NCBI GenBank assembly: GCA_963827165.1
Contig: CAWGZR010000012.1
Location: 32,001-96,000 of the forward strand
Length of the DNA stretch: 64,000 nucleotides
From: Candidatus Bathyarchaeota archaeon
GTDB lineage: Archaea; Thermoproteota; Bathyarchaeia; Bathyarchaeales; Bathycorpusculaceae
Direction of reading: 5' to 3'
Positions 51,941 to 62,558 of the stretch are shown here, in pieces. A program made the translations under genes and the position numbers. Position 1 is the first letter of the stretch, and every line of letters starts with the position of its first letter. A model generated the notes under the pieces. That model did not search any database. It saw only the letters and a program-made list of their open reading frames with translations, and was not told the DNA's origin.

Positions 51941-54853
51941 TCAAAAGCGCTTGCTCAGTGACTTGCGTTCGGCTTCCATAACTAACTCGTAAAATTTGTC
52001 TGAAAGCTTCGGCTCTTTAGAGAGGACATCGGCTATGTCTGCTATGTAGACACGTCTGGCGCTTAACGCGACTGCAGCCGCCTTGCCGTATTTTTCAATC
52101 AGTTCCGCCGTATGTTTCGCGTGAAGCTGCAGTTTTTCCTCGTCTTTGGTCAAGTGTGACTTTTTTTCAATCAGCGGCAAAGCTTTCTCTTCTTCAACTT
52201 TCAGCAGTCCCAGCGCATAGGAGCCACATCTCGGGCACTTAGGTTTATCCGGTAAGTCTTTTATCTGAATAGTTTCAACGTAATCCCAGCAATTTGTGCA
52301 AATGAAGTTGCCTGTTTCGTTTAACAACCGGGCTTTAGCTGCTGCGATTAGCACGGCACGCATTTTCTCAGGTGGGATAAGGTCAGTTTTCATGCTTACT
52401 CTTTCGATTCCGACCCGAGCGACGGGAGTTGCGATGCCACCTGTTTCAACGACTTGGAATCCAACTTCGCCGTTGCGGATTCGACCAAGAGTGTTTACCA
52501 AGCCATCCGCGTCAAGGTCGTTGCTGAAGACCTCTTTTAATCCTTCCTCGTAAATTGGTGTGCCTTCAAAACTCGAAATCAATTTTTGGATACTGACGTT
52601 GCTGAAGTCAGCCCACTTCTTCAATGCGCCGAAACGCCTCGCCACTTGAATAACACGTCGCTTAAATAGACCCGTTTTAACAGTCGAACGGGTCAAAGTA
52701 GCTTTGATTGTTTCGTTGCTCATGGATTTGAATTCTTCAAAGATTTCAACTAGCCGTTCGGCGCTCATACTGCCCATTGTTTGGACAAAGATGCGGTAAG
52801 GATCATGTTGAACTATTATGCCCCTTCCTAGCTTGTCAGACAGCACTTCACCCAGAAATTGCGCCATTGCACGGTTAATTAGTGATCCAAAGTTAGAGTG
52901 GATAATGATGAATTCTCCCCAATCTTCAACAACAATTCGGTTCGGTGTGGGAACTGCTAAGCCAGAATTCACCTGTTCAGTAGTCTCCGCTAAAGCACGT
53001 GAAATTGTCTCTTGCGTGGCAGGGTAACGTTCACAGAGCAAAGAGCTTATTTCTTCAGTTGAGCGCCCTGCACGTATTTTTTCTTCTACGAACGCACGGA
53101 TTTCAGCCAATTCCTGTGCTACCTCGTAAGGTACCGGTATTTCTTCGCCTATCCAACTGGGGATTGAACCTGTCGGATCATTAACTGGACGAACATACAC
53201 TTTGTCTTCTGTGCCATGCATTATTTGCCATGGGCTGCCTCTTATGATGAACTTTGTTCCAGGCTTGCCATATTCGGCCATGAACGCTTCATCCAAAACG
53301 CCGATTGAGGAATCTGTTGATTCGTCAATGACGAGGAACTGTTTCTCCTCAGGAATCATCGACAAGTTATCGAAATAGTACTCGAACAGAGCCTTGGACC
53401 GTTGAGGTTTGAGGGCAACTTGGTCTTCAAAGCTGACCCATGCTAAACGTGGGAAACGCTCATGCATGTACTTGAAGGCTTTGCTGACATCTTCTATGGT
53501 CAAGTTCTTGAACGGTGCAGCTTTACGCGCCAGCTCTAAAACTTCGCTAAATTCAAGGCGCCTGGTTTTGAGCATCAATCCAGCTATCTGGTGAACCAAA
53601 ACGTCATAGGGTTTGTCAGGGATTTCAACGGGCTCTAGCGTTTCGATGAGGGCTCTGCGGGCGATGACCAGTGCTTCAAGCGTGTCGTCAGAATCCATGC
53701 CTATGATTAAGCCTTCCGCAACATCACCGTAAGTGTGTCCTGCTCGGCCAACTCGTTGAATCAGTCTTGTCACTTGCCTAGGACTCATGTATTGGATAAC
53801 AAGGTCTATTCGCCCAATGTCAATCCCTAGTTCGAGGCTGCTTGTAGCTATCAAACCTTTCAGTTCACCCCGCTTAAAGCCCTGCTCGGCGGCAATTCTT
53901 GAAAGCTTAGCTAACGATCCATGATGGATTGAAATTGGAAAATCGATGTCCCAAACTTTGAAGCGGGAAGCTAAAACCTCCGAGATCGAACGAGTGTTGG
54001 TGAAAAGTAGCACGGATTTGCGTTTGTTCATTTGATCGCGGATAATGCGTAATCGTGCTGCTACTTCGGGATGAGTATAGATTTTGGCGGCGAACCTCAC
54101 ATCTTCTTCGGTTGGTTTAGGATAAATGACCTGCAGCTTGACCATTTTGGCGACGGGAACACGGATGATTTCGACAGGACGATTATTGCCCACGAGGAAC
54201 CTCGCGACTTCTTCCGGACTGCCGATGGTGGCTGACAAACCGATCATTTGAAAGTCTTTCCCGATCAGGTTCCTTACCCTCTCCAGCGCCAGTGACAGTT
54301 GGCTTCCCCGTTTGCTGTCTGCTAGCTCATGGACTTCGTCTATGATTACCCACCGTAGGCTCTGCAGATGCTGACGCAGGACCCAGCCTGAGAGGATGGC
54401 TTGCAGGGTTTCAGGTGTAGTAATGAGAAGGTCAGGAGGGCTTCGGGATTGGCGCATTCTCTCTTTGGTTTCGGTGTCTCCGTGACGCACTGCAAGCTTG
54501 ATGTCTAGGCTGTTACACCACCATTGAAGACGATCCAGAATGTCCCTATTGAGAGCTCTAAGCGGGGTGATATAGAGGACTTTTATTCCTGGAGTTTTAG
54601 GTTCCCGAAGAAGACTGCTCAGAACAGGCAGGAAGGCGGCTTCTGTTTTCCCAGTGGCGGTGGGTGAAATTAACAGGACGTTTTTGCCCTCAAGTATCCG
54701 CGGGATCGTCTTTTCTTGAGGCTCAGTCGGTTTAGAGAATCCTCTTTGTTCAACAAGCCTTCGAACTGGCTTCACAAGCAAATCAAAAGCGTTTTCAGAA
54801 GCTGCCTGCAATAAGTTGCTACCCCGAATTGGTAAGATAATCGGAGCGCCCAC
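51941..54853 (-). CDS. lhr: Lhr-family SF2 helicase; start possibly ~54811
   Basis: PTATGKT, DEVHE, LSATIG, HHGSL, SSLELGIDIG, QRVGRAGH; C-terminal CxxC..CPRC. Confidence 0.93.
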   Translation of the reverse strand: MGAPIILPIRGSNLLQAASENAFDLLVKPVRRLVEQRGFSKPTEPQEKTIPRILEGKNVLLISPTATGKTEAAFLPVLSSLLREPKTPGIKVLYITPLRALNRDILDRLQWWCNSLDIKLAVRHGDTETKERMRQSRSPPDLLITTPETLQAILSGWVLRQHLQSLRWVIIDEVHELADSKRGSQLSLALERVRNLIGKDFQMIGLSATIGSPEEVARFLVGNNRPVEIIRVPVAKMVKLQVIYPKPTEEDVRFAAKIYTHPEVAARLRIIRDQMNKRKSVLLFTNTRSISEVLASRFKVWDIDFPISIHHGSLAKLSRIAAEQGFKRGELKGLIATSSLELGIDIGRIDLVIQYMSPRQVTRLIQRVGRAGHTYGDVAEGLIIGMDSDDTLEALVIARRALIETLEPVEIPDKPYDVLVHQIAGLMLKTRRLEFSEVLELARKAAPFKNLTIEDVSKAFKYMHERFPRLAWVSFEDQVALKPQRSKALFEYYFDNLSMIPEEKQFLVIDESTDSSIGVLDEAFMAEYGKPGTKFIIRGSPWQIMHGTEDKVYVRPVNDPTGSIPSWIGEEIPVPYEVAQELAEIRAFVEEKIRAGRSTEEISSLLCERYPATQETISRALAETTEQVNSGLAVPTPNRIVVEDWGEFIIIHSNFGSLINRAMAQFLGEVLSDKLGRGIIVQHDPYRIFVQTMGSMSAERLVEIFEEFKSMSNETIKATLTRSTVKTGLFKRRVIQVARRFGALKKWADFSNVSIQKLISSFEGTPIYEEGLKEVFSNDLDADGLVNTLGRIRNGEVGFQVVETGGIATPVARVGIERVSMKTDLIPPEKMRAVLIAAAKARLLNETGNFICTNCWDYVETIQIKDLPDKPKCPRCGSYALGLLKVEEEKALPLIEKKSHLTKDEEKLQLHAKHTAELIEKYGKAAAVALSARRVYIADIADVLSKEPKLSDKFYELVMEAERKSLSKRF

Positions 54854-54893
54854 TATTTAAAAAACGTTGTACCCGTCAACATTTCGCCCCTGA

Positions 54894-54928
54894 AAAACCC
54901 GGATTCCCGCCAAGAGTATCCGGGTTTT
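54894..54928. terminator. Perfect 11-bp inverted repeat
   Basis: AAAACCCGGAT-N13-ATCCGGGTTTT between the eL22-like gene and lhr. Confidence 0.45.
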
Positions 54929-54980
54929 GCTGAAAGCTGGACTCGATTTCACAAAGACTTACAGGACTGAGTTCTCATGT

Positions 54981-55301
54981 TTACCAGCCATGTTTGATTG
55001 TTGAGGCTGTTTGGGGATGTTTGTTTTTCTTTTCTTCTTTTTTGTGATTGAACCTTCTGATTTTGACAGCGTTGCCATCCACAGCTGCCCAATGGCTGCT
55101 GTTTAGTTTCTTGCTGTTAACGAACTTGGTTACCATTCGCTGCAATTCCATGGTCGAAACTTCCGCCCCATCTAATTGTAAACCGTCGGAGATTATAACG
55201 CTCTTTAATTTGAAGTGCTTCTGCAAAAAATTGGCTAGGCTATCTTTCTCATCATCCAAGTCAGGCATTTCAACTCTTACAGGGTTATGGCTCTTTGACA
55301 T
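54981..55301 (-). CDS. Possible eL22 (L22e)-like protein
   Basis: LANFLQKHFK and ELQRMVTKFVNSKKL..VKIRRF align by eye with eL22 core segments. Confidence 0.45.
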   Translation of the reverse strand: MSKSHNPVRVEMPDLDDEKDSLANFLQKHFKLKSVIISDGLQLDGAEVSTMELQRMVTKFVNSKKLNSSHWAAVDGNAVKIRRFNHKKEEKKNKHPQTASTIKHGW

Positions 55302-55378
55302 GAATCTTCGCCATCCTATTTGTATGGCGCTAGGTCAACCTATTAAAGCCTACCTAAATACCGCGCAAAAGGCATCCT

Positions 55379-56845
55379 TTGGTATCAAGAAATAAGAAAT
55401 TGGAGGCAGTCACCGCCAACTTTAACTTCGAACACATGCAAATTAAGGTAAACAGGAACGTGGCATTTCAATTGAAGAAAACCAAGATTGTCTGCACAGT
55501 TGGCCCCGCAAGTTTTCCAAAACATATCATCGAAAAAATGTTTCACGCCGGCATGAACGGCGCTAGAATAAACACTGCCTACGGAACCCTTGAGCAATAC
55601 CAATCTACAATTGGGACAGTTCGTGAAGTTGCCGACATCGCGATAATGGTTGACATCAAGGGACCTGAAATCAGGATCAGAGCATCAAAACCGAAAATTC
55701 TCTGTAGAGGTGACACATTGGAAGTCGGCTTCGACGGCGAAGAGGTCGCCTTCAACCATGATTTGTACGATGAGATGGCGGTTAGCGACTTGGTTTTGAT
55801 TGACAACGGCAAAATCAGAGCACACGTAGTTGAAAAATCCGGCCGCAGACTTTACCTGAAAATCGTTAATGGAGGTACAATAGAAGATGGGAAAGGAGTC
55901 AACATACCAAATAAGCGCCTCTCCGTTCCGACTTTGTGCGAACGAGACCTTGAAATCCTAAAGCTGTGCAAGAAACTTGATGTTGAATACGTCGCTCTGT
56001 CCTTCACGAGGGACGCCAGAGACGTTGAAAACCTGTTACATGCGCATAGGTTTGAAGGTGGCGTCATCGCGAAGATTGAAAATTCTGAAGGTGTTCAGAA
56101 CATTGAGGAGATTTTAGGTGTCGCCAGCGGGGTAATGGTTGCCAGAGGCGACTTGGGTATTGAAATTGAACCTGAAAAGGTTCCGCTTGTTCAAAAATCA
56201 CTAATCAAAACGTGTAACCAAAAGGGGAAGGTGGTGGTTACGGCTACGGAGATGCTTGAATCGATGATTCATCAGCCCTGCCCCACAAGGGCTGAAGTAA
56301 GCGATGTAGCCAATGCTATCTTAGATGGTTCCGACTCTGTTATGCTTTCAGGGGAAACAGCTGTAGGCGCGTATCCTGTAGAGGCCGTTAAAATGATGGC
56401 GCGTATAGCTAACGAAACCGAAAAAGTAGTCAAAAGTAACGTGGAAGAAACCGCTTTCATCAATATTTCTGATACTATTAGCAAAGCAATTCAGCGGATA
56501 TGCCAAAGCATGCCGGTGCACAAAGTCGTGACCTTAACAAGGTCAGGATACACGGCGCGGATGATTTCTCGCTTTAGGATAAGCCAGCCGGTGATTGCGG
56601 TTACGCCGGATTTGAAGGTTAAGAGGCAATTGGAACTAGTTTTTGGCATTGAACCCGTTCTAATAAATTATCTTGAAGAGAAAGACAGGGTTACACATGT
56701 TGCGAATCAACTTTGCTCTATGGGTCTTGTGAATGAGAAAGAAACCGTTCTGTTTACTTCGGGCGTTAGGACAACAATGAAGCATTCGAGCAACTCGATA
56801 GAAATTCACAAAATTGAGGAGCTAAGACAGTTCGCATCCACATAA
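55379..56845 (+). CDS. pyk: Pyruvate kinase
   Basis: KTKIVCTVGPAS, DIKGPEIR, IAKIEN, MVARGDLG, PTRAEVSDVANA, MLSGETA. Confidence 0.96.
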   Translation: MVSRNKKLEAVTANFNFEHMQIKVNRNVAFQLKKTKIVCTVGPASFPKHIIEKMFHAGMNGARINTAYGTLEQYQSTIGTVREVADIAIMVDIKGPEIRIRASKPKILCRGDTLEVGFDGEEVAFNHDLYDEMAVSDLVLIDNGKIRAHVVEKSGRRLYLKIVNGGTIEDGKGVNIPNKRLSVPTLCERDLEILKLCKKLDVEYVALSFTRDARDVENLLHAHRFEGGVIAKIENSEGVQNIEEILGVASGVMVARGDLGIEIEPEKVPLVQKSLIKTCNQKGKVVVTATEMLESMIHQPCPTRAEVSDVANAILDGSDSVMLSGETAVGAYPVEAVKMMARIANETEKVVKSNVEETAFINISDTISKAIQRICQSMPVHKVVTLTRSGYTARMISRFRISQPVIAVTPDLKVKRQLELVFGIEPVLINYLEEKDRVTHVANQLCSMGLVNEKETVLFTSGVRTTMKHSSNSIEIHKIEELRQFAST

Positions 56846-57040
56846 AGAGCCGTCAGTCGGTAGCTCTGGTTTATGGCGTCTGAGCTTAATTGTTGGCCTC
56901 GGCGGAGTGGGTTTTACCGGGGTTTAGACAGAAATATGTTTAAATGTGACATTGAAAGGTGAAATATCAATCCGAAAACTATGGAAAGTTTTTTATTCCA
57001 TAATGATAAAGCATGGAAGCGGTATTACGGAGGAAAAAGA

Positions 57041-57211
57041 ATGGCTAAATGTCCAAAATGCGGAACCGAAGTTGCAAAAGCAAAAAAAACATGGAAAATG
57101 GCTGGTCGCCCAGATAAGGCTGGAAAACGTATGCAACTCGAAATCGGACTTTACGAATGCCCCAAATGCGGCAAAGTATTCCGCGAGGTTTTAAGCAAAA
57201 AGAAAATCTAA
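57041..57211 (+). CDS. Cren7-like chromatin protein with Zn-ribbon cysteines (56 aa)
   Basis: MAKCPKC..KTWKMAGRP..IGLYECPKCGKVFR; GGAGG upstream. Confidence 0.7.
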   Translation: MAKCPKCGTEVAKAKKTWKMAGRPDKAGKRMQLEIGLYECPKCGKVFREVLSKKKI

Positions 57212-57214
57212 ATT

Positions 57215-57262
57215 TGCAACCAACATAAGTTGCATTTCTCGTCCTCTTTTATTTTTCTTTCT
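57215..57262 (+). terminator. Hairpin plus T-rich tract after the Cren7-like gene
   Basis: TGCAAC-N8-GTTGCA followed by oligo-T runs. Confidence 0.4.
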
Positions 57263-57323
57263 CGTCAAGGTAACTTTAAAACTTAGAAACCCTTATTCAT
57301 GGAAATCACCCTGAGGCAAAAGC

Positions 57324-57980
57324 GTGAGTTCTCTTAGGCGATTATGGAAAAACGAGTACTTCAAAACAGTTGTTGCCATTTTGGCGGTTGTCGCGATTGT
57401 TTTCGGGTTGCTTGTTGGCTTGCAGGCATTTCTTCACACTTCATACCCGGTGTTAACGGTTGAGAGCGGTAGTATGAGCATCCCCTACGATGGCGCGGAC
57501 AGTTTTGCCCTGAGCTTAGAGCACCCGTTCGGTCGAACACTAAGCATAGGTGATATAATCTTCGTGCAGGGTGTCAACCCGAAGGATTTGAACGCCAACT
57601 ACCCAAATAGTGACATTATAGTTTTCCACGATCCAGATGACTCAAGCATATTGATTGTGCACCGCATAATAAGCGTCGAAAATGTCGACGGCACTCTATA
57701 CTTCCAAACTAAAGGCGACGGAAACGGAAACTTATGGCCCCAAACGCCGACATCAGCTTTAGATCCGTGGGACAGTAACAACCCGCCGGGAGTTCCCGCA
57801 AGCGATGTGGTCGGCAAAGTGGTTATGCGTATTCCATGGTTGGGTTGGGTAACGCTTTTCATGAAGAATGACCCATGGGGCCTGCCAGTTGTTATCACCA
57901 TCATTATGCTGCTTGTAATCGTTGAGTTCATTGTGCCGGAGCTTTGCAAGAAAAGACCAGAACAACAGAAACTGACTTAG
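57324..57980 (+). CDS. Signal peptidase I (S26, Sec11-type)
   Basis: VESGSM, IVHRI, TKGDGN, GKVVMRIPWLG. Confidence 0.9.
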   Translation: MSSLRRLWKNEYFKTVVAILAVVAIVFGLLVGLQAFLHTSYPVLTVESGSMSIPYDGADSFALSLEHPFGRTLSIGDIIFVQGVNPKDLNANYPNSDIIVFHDPDDSSILIVHRIISVENVDGTLYFQTKGDGNGNLWPQTPTSALDPWDSNNPPGVPASDVVGKVVMRIPWLGWVTLFMKNDPWGLPVVITIIMLLVIVEFIVPELCKKRPEQQKLT

Positions 57981-58060
57981 CAGCAGGCACAGATGTCTTT
58001 ATAAAGTAAGTTTTTGATATGAGGATATTTAAGGGCGGTTAATGCAAAGGGGGAGACTGA

Positions 58061-58621
58061 TTGCCGAAGGTTAAAGCTACTATAAGCGTTGAAAACGTTG
58101 TCGCTTCTGCAACGCTGAACCAAAAAGTTGATTTGAACGCCGTCGTTAAAGGTTATCCAGGCGTCGAATATCGTCCTGAACAATTTCCAGGTTTAGTTTT
58201 CAGGTTGAAACGGCCCAAAACCGCGACTTTAATTTTTAGTTCGGGAAAAATGGTTTGCACGGGCGCTAAGTCAGAGAAAGAAGCAAAACGAGCCGTCATG
58301 AAAGTAGTAAAGGAACTGAAAAAAGGCGGCATCATAATTATCAGCAAGCCCGAACTTAAAATCCAAAACATTGTGGCTTCAGGCGGACTTGGCGGTATGA
58401 TTGACTTGGAAAAAGCCGCTTACACTCTGGGTCACGCTATGTATGAACCTGAGCAGTTTCCCGGCTTAATTTATAGGATGCAGGAGCCGAAAGTGGTAAT
58501 TCTGTTATTCGCGAGCGGAAAACTCGTCTGCACAGGAGCCAAACAGGAACAAGATGTTTATGTTGCGGTAGAAAAATTGCATACGCTACTTGAAGAAACT
58601 AGCCTAATATTCTACGAATGA
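58061..58621 (+). CDS. tbp: TATA-box binding protein
   Basis: Two repeats of NVVAS..Y.PEQFPGL..LF.SGK.VCTGAK. Confidence 0.98.
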   Translation: MPKVKATISVENVVASATLNQKVDLNAVVKGYPGVEYRPEQFPGLVFRLKRPKTATLIFSSGKMVCTGAKSEKEAKRAVMKVVKELKKGGIIIISKPELKIQNIVASGGLGGMIDLEKAAYTLGHAMYEPEQFPGLIYRMQEPKVVILLFASGKLVCTGAKQEQDVYVAVEKLHTLLEETSLIFYE

Positions 58622-58632
58622 GACTGGTTTTC

Positions 58633-59262
58633 TTACTGTTTTTTTACTTGTTTGAGGATTGTCTTTAGGTTTTCGCGGTCCATCCCACCCGAATCGTATA
58701 ACGCATTTGCTATTTCGCTGATTTTCAGCATGGGATGCAGTTTGATTCCGCTTTTTTCAAGCTGGCTGGCTCCGCCTTCTTCTCTGTCAAGGAACACGAT
58801 CGCGTCCGTGACTACACCGCCTTCGGCTCTGACGGTTTCAGCGGCCTTTTTTAGAGTTAAACCTGTCGTGATTAAGTCGTCAATTAGTAGCACTTTGTCT
58901 CCTGACGCTAAGATTCCTTCTACTCGCCGTTTTCTTCCGCGAGGCCGCGTTCCTCTGTGCACGTAAAGGAATGGTTTCTCGAGGTTGTACGCAACTTGCG
59001 ACGCAAAAATTATCCCAGTTAGGGGTACACCAGCAATTCTGTCGAAATTTTTGGCGCCGATTTCGGTTTGGATGTATTGGGCGTAGAATTCGCAGATTTT
59101 TCTGTAGGCATCGGGGAAACTCGGTACAATGCGTAAATCCACGTAGTACGGGCTTGCTTTTCCGCTTGGGAGTTTGAAAACTCCAAATTTCACGGCGTCG
59201 ATTTTGAAAAGTATATTAGCCATTTTTTCCTTTTTATCCTCAACAGCTTGGTCAACCTTCAT
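58633..59262 (-). CDS. pyrE: Orotate phosphoribosyltransferase
   Basis: FKLPSGKASPYYVDLR, IDDLITTG, LDRE. Confidence 0.9.
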   Translation of the reverse strand: MKVDQAVEDKKEKMANILFKIDAVKFGVFKLPSGKASPYYVDLRIVPSFPDAYRKICEFYAQYIQTEIGAKNFDRIAGVPLTGIIFASQVAYNLEKPFLYVHRGTRPRGRKRRVEGILASGDKVLLIDDLITTGLTLKKAAETVRAEGGVVTDAIVFLDREEGGASQLEKSGIKLHPMLKISEIANALYDSGGMDRENLKTILKQVKKQ

Positions 59263-59266
59263 TTTT

Positions 59267-59971
59267 TCACTTCCTTTTTGACACTTGATAAATTTTGTTT
59301 TGTTCAGGAATCAAGCATGCTGTTCGGGGCATCTCCCTCTTCAATAGTTCGGCGAATTCTGTCTGGCTTGCAGTCGATCCTGTATGATAGGGAACGGCAA
59401 CTTGAGGCTTGATAAGCCATGCGATTTCGAAGCCTGTCTGCGGCGTAGAGCCTGGAGCTATCCCAACAGTGCAAAAAACCACGTCAAATTTTTCTTTTTG
59501 ACCCATAAGTGCCATTTCAGGAAAAGGCAAACTGTCTGCTGTATGGTAAATTTTCACGCCGTCTTCACTGGTTATGATATAAGTCAATGGCGATTGAGCG
59601 GGGTGGTTGCTTTTTTCTGCTTTGACAGTGACTTCGCCGATTTTTGTTTCTTCCCCTGGTTTGGTTTCTTGTAGTTTACCGATGGGTATAACGTGTTGGA
59701 GTTTTTTTGTGGACGCGGGGTCGGCGATGATGATGCAGCTTGTTTCTTTTTGGATTTCCGCTATTAGTCTTGGGTCGAGGTGGTCGTAATGCTCGTGGGT
59801 TATGAGGATTGCGTCCACGTTTTGAAGCTTTTTGGATTTGACGTCAACTGGGTCTATGGCAAGCGTTTTAGTAGGTGTTTTCAGAAGTATCCCCGCGTAT
59901 TGGTTAAACCAAACGAAAAGGACAGTGTTTTTTTCGGGTATTTTCTGAATTGCCATAACTTGATTCCTCAA
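59267..59971 (-). CDS. MBL-fold metallo-hydrolase
   Basis: IDP, THEHYDH, IYHTADS, VPYH. Confidence 0.85.
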   Translation of the reverse strand: MRNQVMAIQKIPEKNTVLFVWFNQYAGILLKTPTKTLAIDPVDVKSKKLQNVDAILITHEHYDHLDPRLIAEIQKETSCIIIADPASTKKLQHVIPIGKLQETKPGEETKIGEVTVKAEKSNHPAQSPLTYIITSEDGVKIYHTADSLPFPEMALMGQKEKFDVVFCTVGIAPGSTPQTGFEIAWLIKPQVAVPYHTGSTASQTEFAELLKREMPRTACLIPEQNKIYQVSKRK

Positions 59972-60114
59972 GAGGACTATGTAACCAGCATTTTAAAGAA
60001 GTTGCGCTTAATCCAAACGCACAGGAAAAAAATGGATTAATAACCTTGAACGAGTCTGTTCAACGTTTAGTTTTGGGAATAAAGGTTATTTAGGTAATAC
60101 CGGCTAAACATAAA

Positions 60115-60759
60115 TTGGGAGAACAAAGTGTGGGATCACTGAAAAGTTTAGCTCAAGGCTTTCTAGCCGGAACAGGCGTAATCTGGAGCTTCAACATAGC
60201 ATCCCTCTTCAAAAACGGCGACGCATGGCTGGCCTCCCTATACCTGATGATCTTAACGATTCCAGTTTCAACCCTACTTTATCTTAAGTTGAAAAACAAA
60301 AAACCCAACGCCCAGGTAGACCGCAGACATAAATGGCGAAGCCTATTGTTTTCAGTTCAGGGAGCAGCTTTAGCCTTCTGGGCATTCGACATATTAACGA
60401 CTTTTTATGCCATCAATGTTACGGGTCTGGCAGTGGAGTTGAACCCGCTCGGTTGGCCGCTTGGAATTATGGGCGCTCTGGTCTACTATGTTCCAACCGT
60501 GGTTTTCTCGTATGTTTTACTATTCAAGATCAAGGAGAGCTTCGCATTTTACTGTGCGGTGCCTTTGACTTTAGTGACCGTTGGTATGGGCATGTTGAGC
60601 TTGACTGCTGGTGCGCAAAACTTCCAAGTATTTGTTGACACCGCTGCATTAGCAACTGGCGTACGTTTTGGGCTGTTAGCGGCGATCTGCACTGTTTGCT
60701 TGGCTGTCCCATTCGCGTTAAAAAGAACAATAACCCAATCTAATCCGCTTTTGCCCTGA
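60115..60759 (+). CDS. Membrane hypothetical protein
   Basis: Multiple TMs, DILTT...ELNPL motif. Confidence 0.6.
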   Translation: MGEQSVGSLKSLAQGFLAGTGVIWSFNIASLFKNGDAWLASLYLMILTIPVSTLLYLKLKNKKPNAQVDRRHKWRSLLFSVQGAALAFWAFDILTTFYAINVTGLAVELNPLGWPLGIMGALVYYVPTVVFSYVLLFKIKESFAFYCAVPLTLVTVGMGMLSLTAGAQNFQVFVDTAALATGVRFGLLAAICTVCLAVPFALKRTITQSNPLLP

Positions 60760-61078
60760 CTCTCAAAACGCGTTTTTTGAGTTTTGACTGGGAGTTGCAA
60801 AATAGCTAATTATTGCCTCGTGGGTTCAAGAAGCGATTGCCAATAATCATTAAACTCATGGTAATTAGAGCTCCTAAACAAATCAAGGCTGATCGAGCGA
60901 GCAGTAAACTTGCCGGTTTCAGCAAACGATCATATTTCAATGCTTCTGAACTGTAAGCAAGAAAAACACTTACTTCGGCCCTTGAAGCCGCTCAGTCTCG
61001 CGGGCTGTAGCCAGTTGTCTCAACTTTACTTGTACTTCGAAAGAAAGTTTGTGGAAAATAGCGAAGACACCCGTGTCC

Positions 61079-61463
61079 AAAACGCTTCGATTACAGAACC
61101 CTTCTTCGAGAAGAAAGCCCATCCGACGGCCAATCAGCCGAAAGTTACTCAGAAAAAAGCTGCGACAAACACGGGCAACGGTATTTGCCTCTCCTGCAAG
61201 CGGAAATTCACCGTGTCATCGTCTAAACTCGACGAAGTCGAAGGGGCATGGAAATATCTGGCCTTTGCCCTTATTGCAACAATTCGTCAGTAATTTCCGG
61301 TGCTGGCCCTTCGGAAAATGATCTGTGGGAGAAGTATTTTGAGGGCAACAATCAAGCTGAAAAACTTCCCTTCTGCGAATTCAGAATTGGCTTAACATCA
61401 AAGATTCTTTACTTTTCAATTGGTACATGTTTCTGTAGGACGCTAACTTTTGATGAGATGTAA
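61079..61463 (+). other. Possible frameshifted Zn-ribbon protein
   Basis: CLSC in one frame and CPYC in the next frame across ~61248. Confidence 0.3.
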
Positions 61464-62386
61464 GGCAAGAGTTTGACAACCGCTATGTATGCTACTGTTG
61501 CATAGATTATTCCCGCGACAACATCCGTGAAGTAGTGTTCTCCAAGGTATACTGCGCTGAACCAGGTGCCGACAGGGATTGCTAGGACAGGAAGAGCTTT
61601 CCATCTCCAGATTTTGAATGCGAATAGGAACACAAGCCATGGAATGGCTGAATGCATGCTGGGGAAGGCGGCGTAGTTGTTTGGGCTAAGGAAGTCAAAC
61701 AGGGTTTTGTAAACCGGGAAGCCTAAGCTGGGGTCAACTGATCCAGTTAAAACTCGTATTACTTGGGGTCCAGTGTAAGACGGGTTAAAGAGATGGCTGA
61801 ACTGAATCCACGGTGGGGCAACGGGGTAAAACAGAAAAGTTATCAAAGCCGAGTACGTTAGTACACCGAAAGCCACGGTGTATTTCCAGTAGTTTTTGGG
61901 GCTTTTCCTCCAGACAATATACGCGAATATAGTTGGCACAAAGAAATATATCGAATAGAAGAAAGCTCCCATGTAATCTAAAATTGGCAACCTAAAGTTT
62001 TGTTGAAGGATAATGCTGGGAACTTGGCCAAACAGGTGCGTATCCACAAAGTCCGGTCCGCTGTGGAGATTACTTGACGAAACGGTGCCGACAAAACTGT
62101 ACATGACCTCGTATGAAAGAAACACCGTAATGAAAGGAAGCCAATCTTTCAACGCGCGGTAAGTCTGTTTGTTGTAAGCGGCTATGAAAACGATGCCTAA
62201 AACCAGAAATTCGGGTCCAGGAATAATTTTGTATTCTAGACAAAAAATGGTTATTGCAACTATGTAAATTGTCAAGAAAACCAACGAAAAGAAACGTGAA
62301 GAATGATAATCGAAGGTTACGTTAGCCTTCAATTTATCAAGCTTTGAATTTTTCAGATTAACTTCTTCAGTTTCTTCTTCCACCAT
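61409..62386 (-). CDS. PAP2 / Aur1 (IPC synthase)-like membrane protein
   Basis: YPVAPPW, AAFPSMH, VYLGEHYFTD. Confidence 0.88.
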   Translation of the reverse strand: MVEEETEEVNLKNSKLDKLKANVTFDYHSSRFFSLVFLTIYIVAITIFCLEYKIIPGPEFLVLGIVFIAAYNKQTYRALKDWLPFITVFLSYEVMYSFVGTVSSSNLHSGPDFVDTHLFGQVPSIILQQNFRLPILDYMGAFFYSIYFFVPTIFAYIVWRKSPKNYWKYTVAFGVLTYSALITFLFYPVAPPWIQFSHLFNPSYTGPQVIRVLTGSVDPSLGFPVYKTLFDFLSPNNYAAFPSMHSAIPWLVFLFAFKIWRWKALPVLAIPVGTWFSAVYLGEHYFTDVVAGIIYATVAYIAVVKLLPYISSKVSVLQKHVPIEK

Positions 62387-62558
62387 TACCTAACCAGACC
62401 CGCGCTAACAGCCTTCCTTTTAGTTCCATGCTTACATTTGCTTTTTAAATGCTTTTCCCCAATTTACCCCTAGATCGAAATAGAGGACACCCGAGCGCAT
62501 GGTGTTTTCTCCTTCGAAATTATTTAAAAACCTCCGCAAAGTCTTTGGCCTACCACTT

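Noticed and set aside
56845-56935. GC-richer intergenic stretch as an RNA gene
   Set aside because: No tRNA T/D motifs or recognisable C/D boxes with a closing stem
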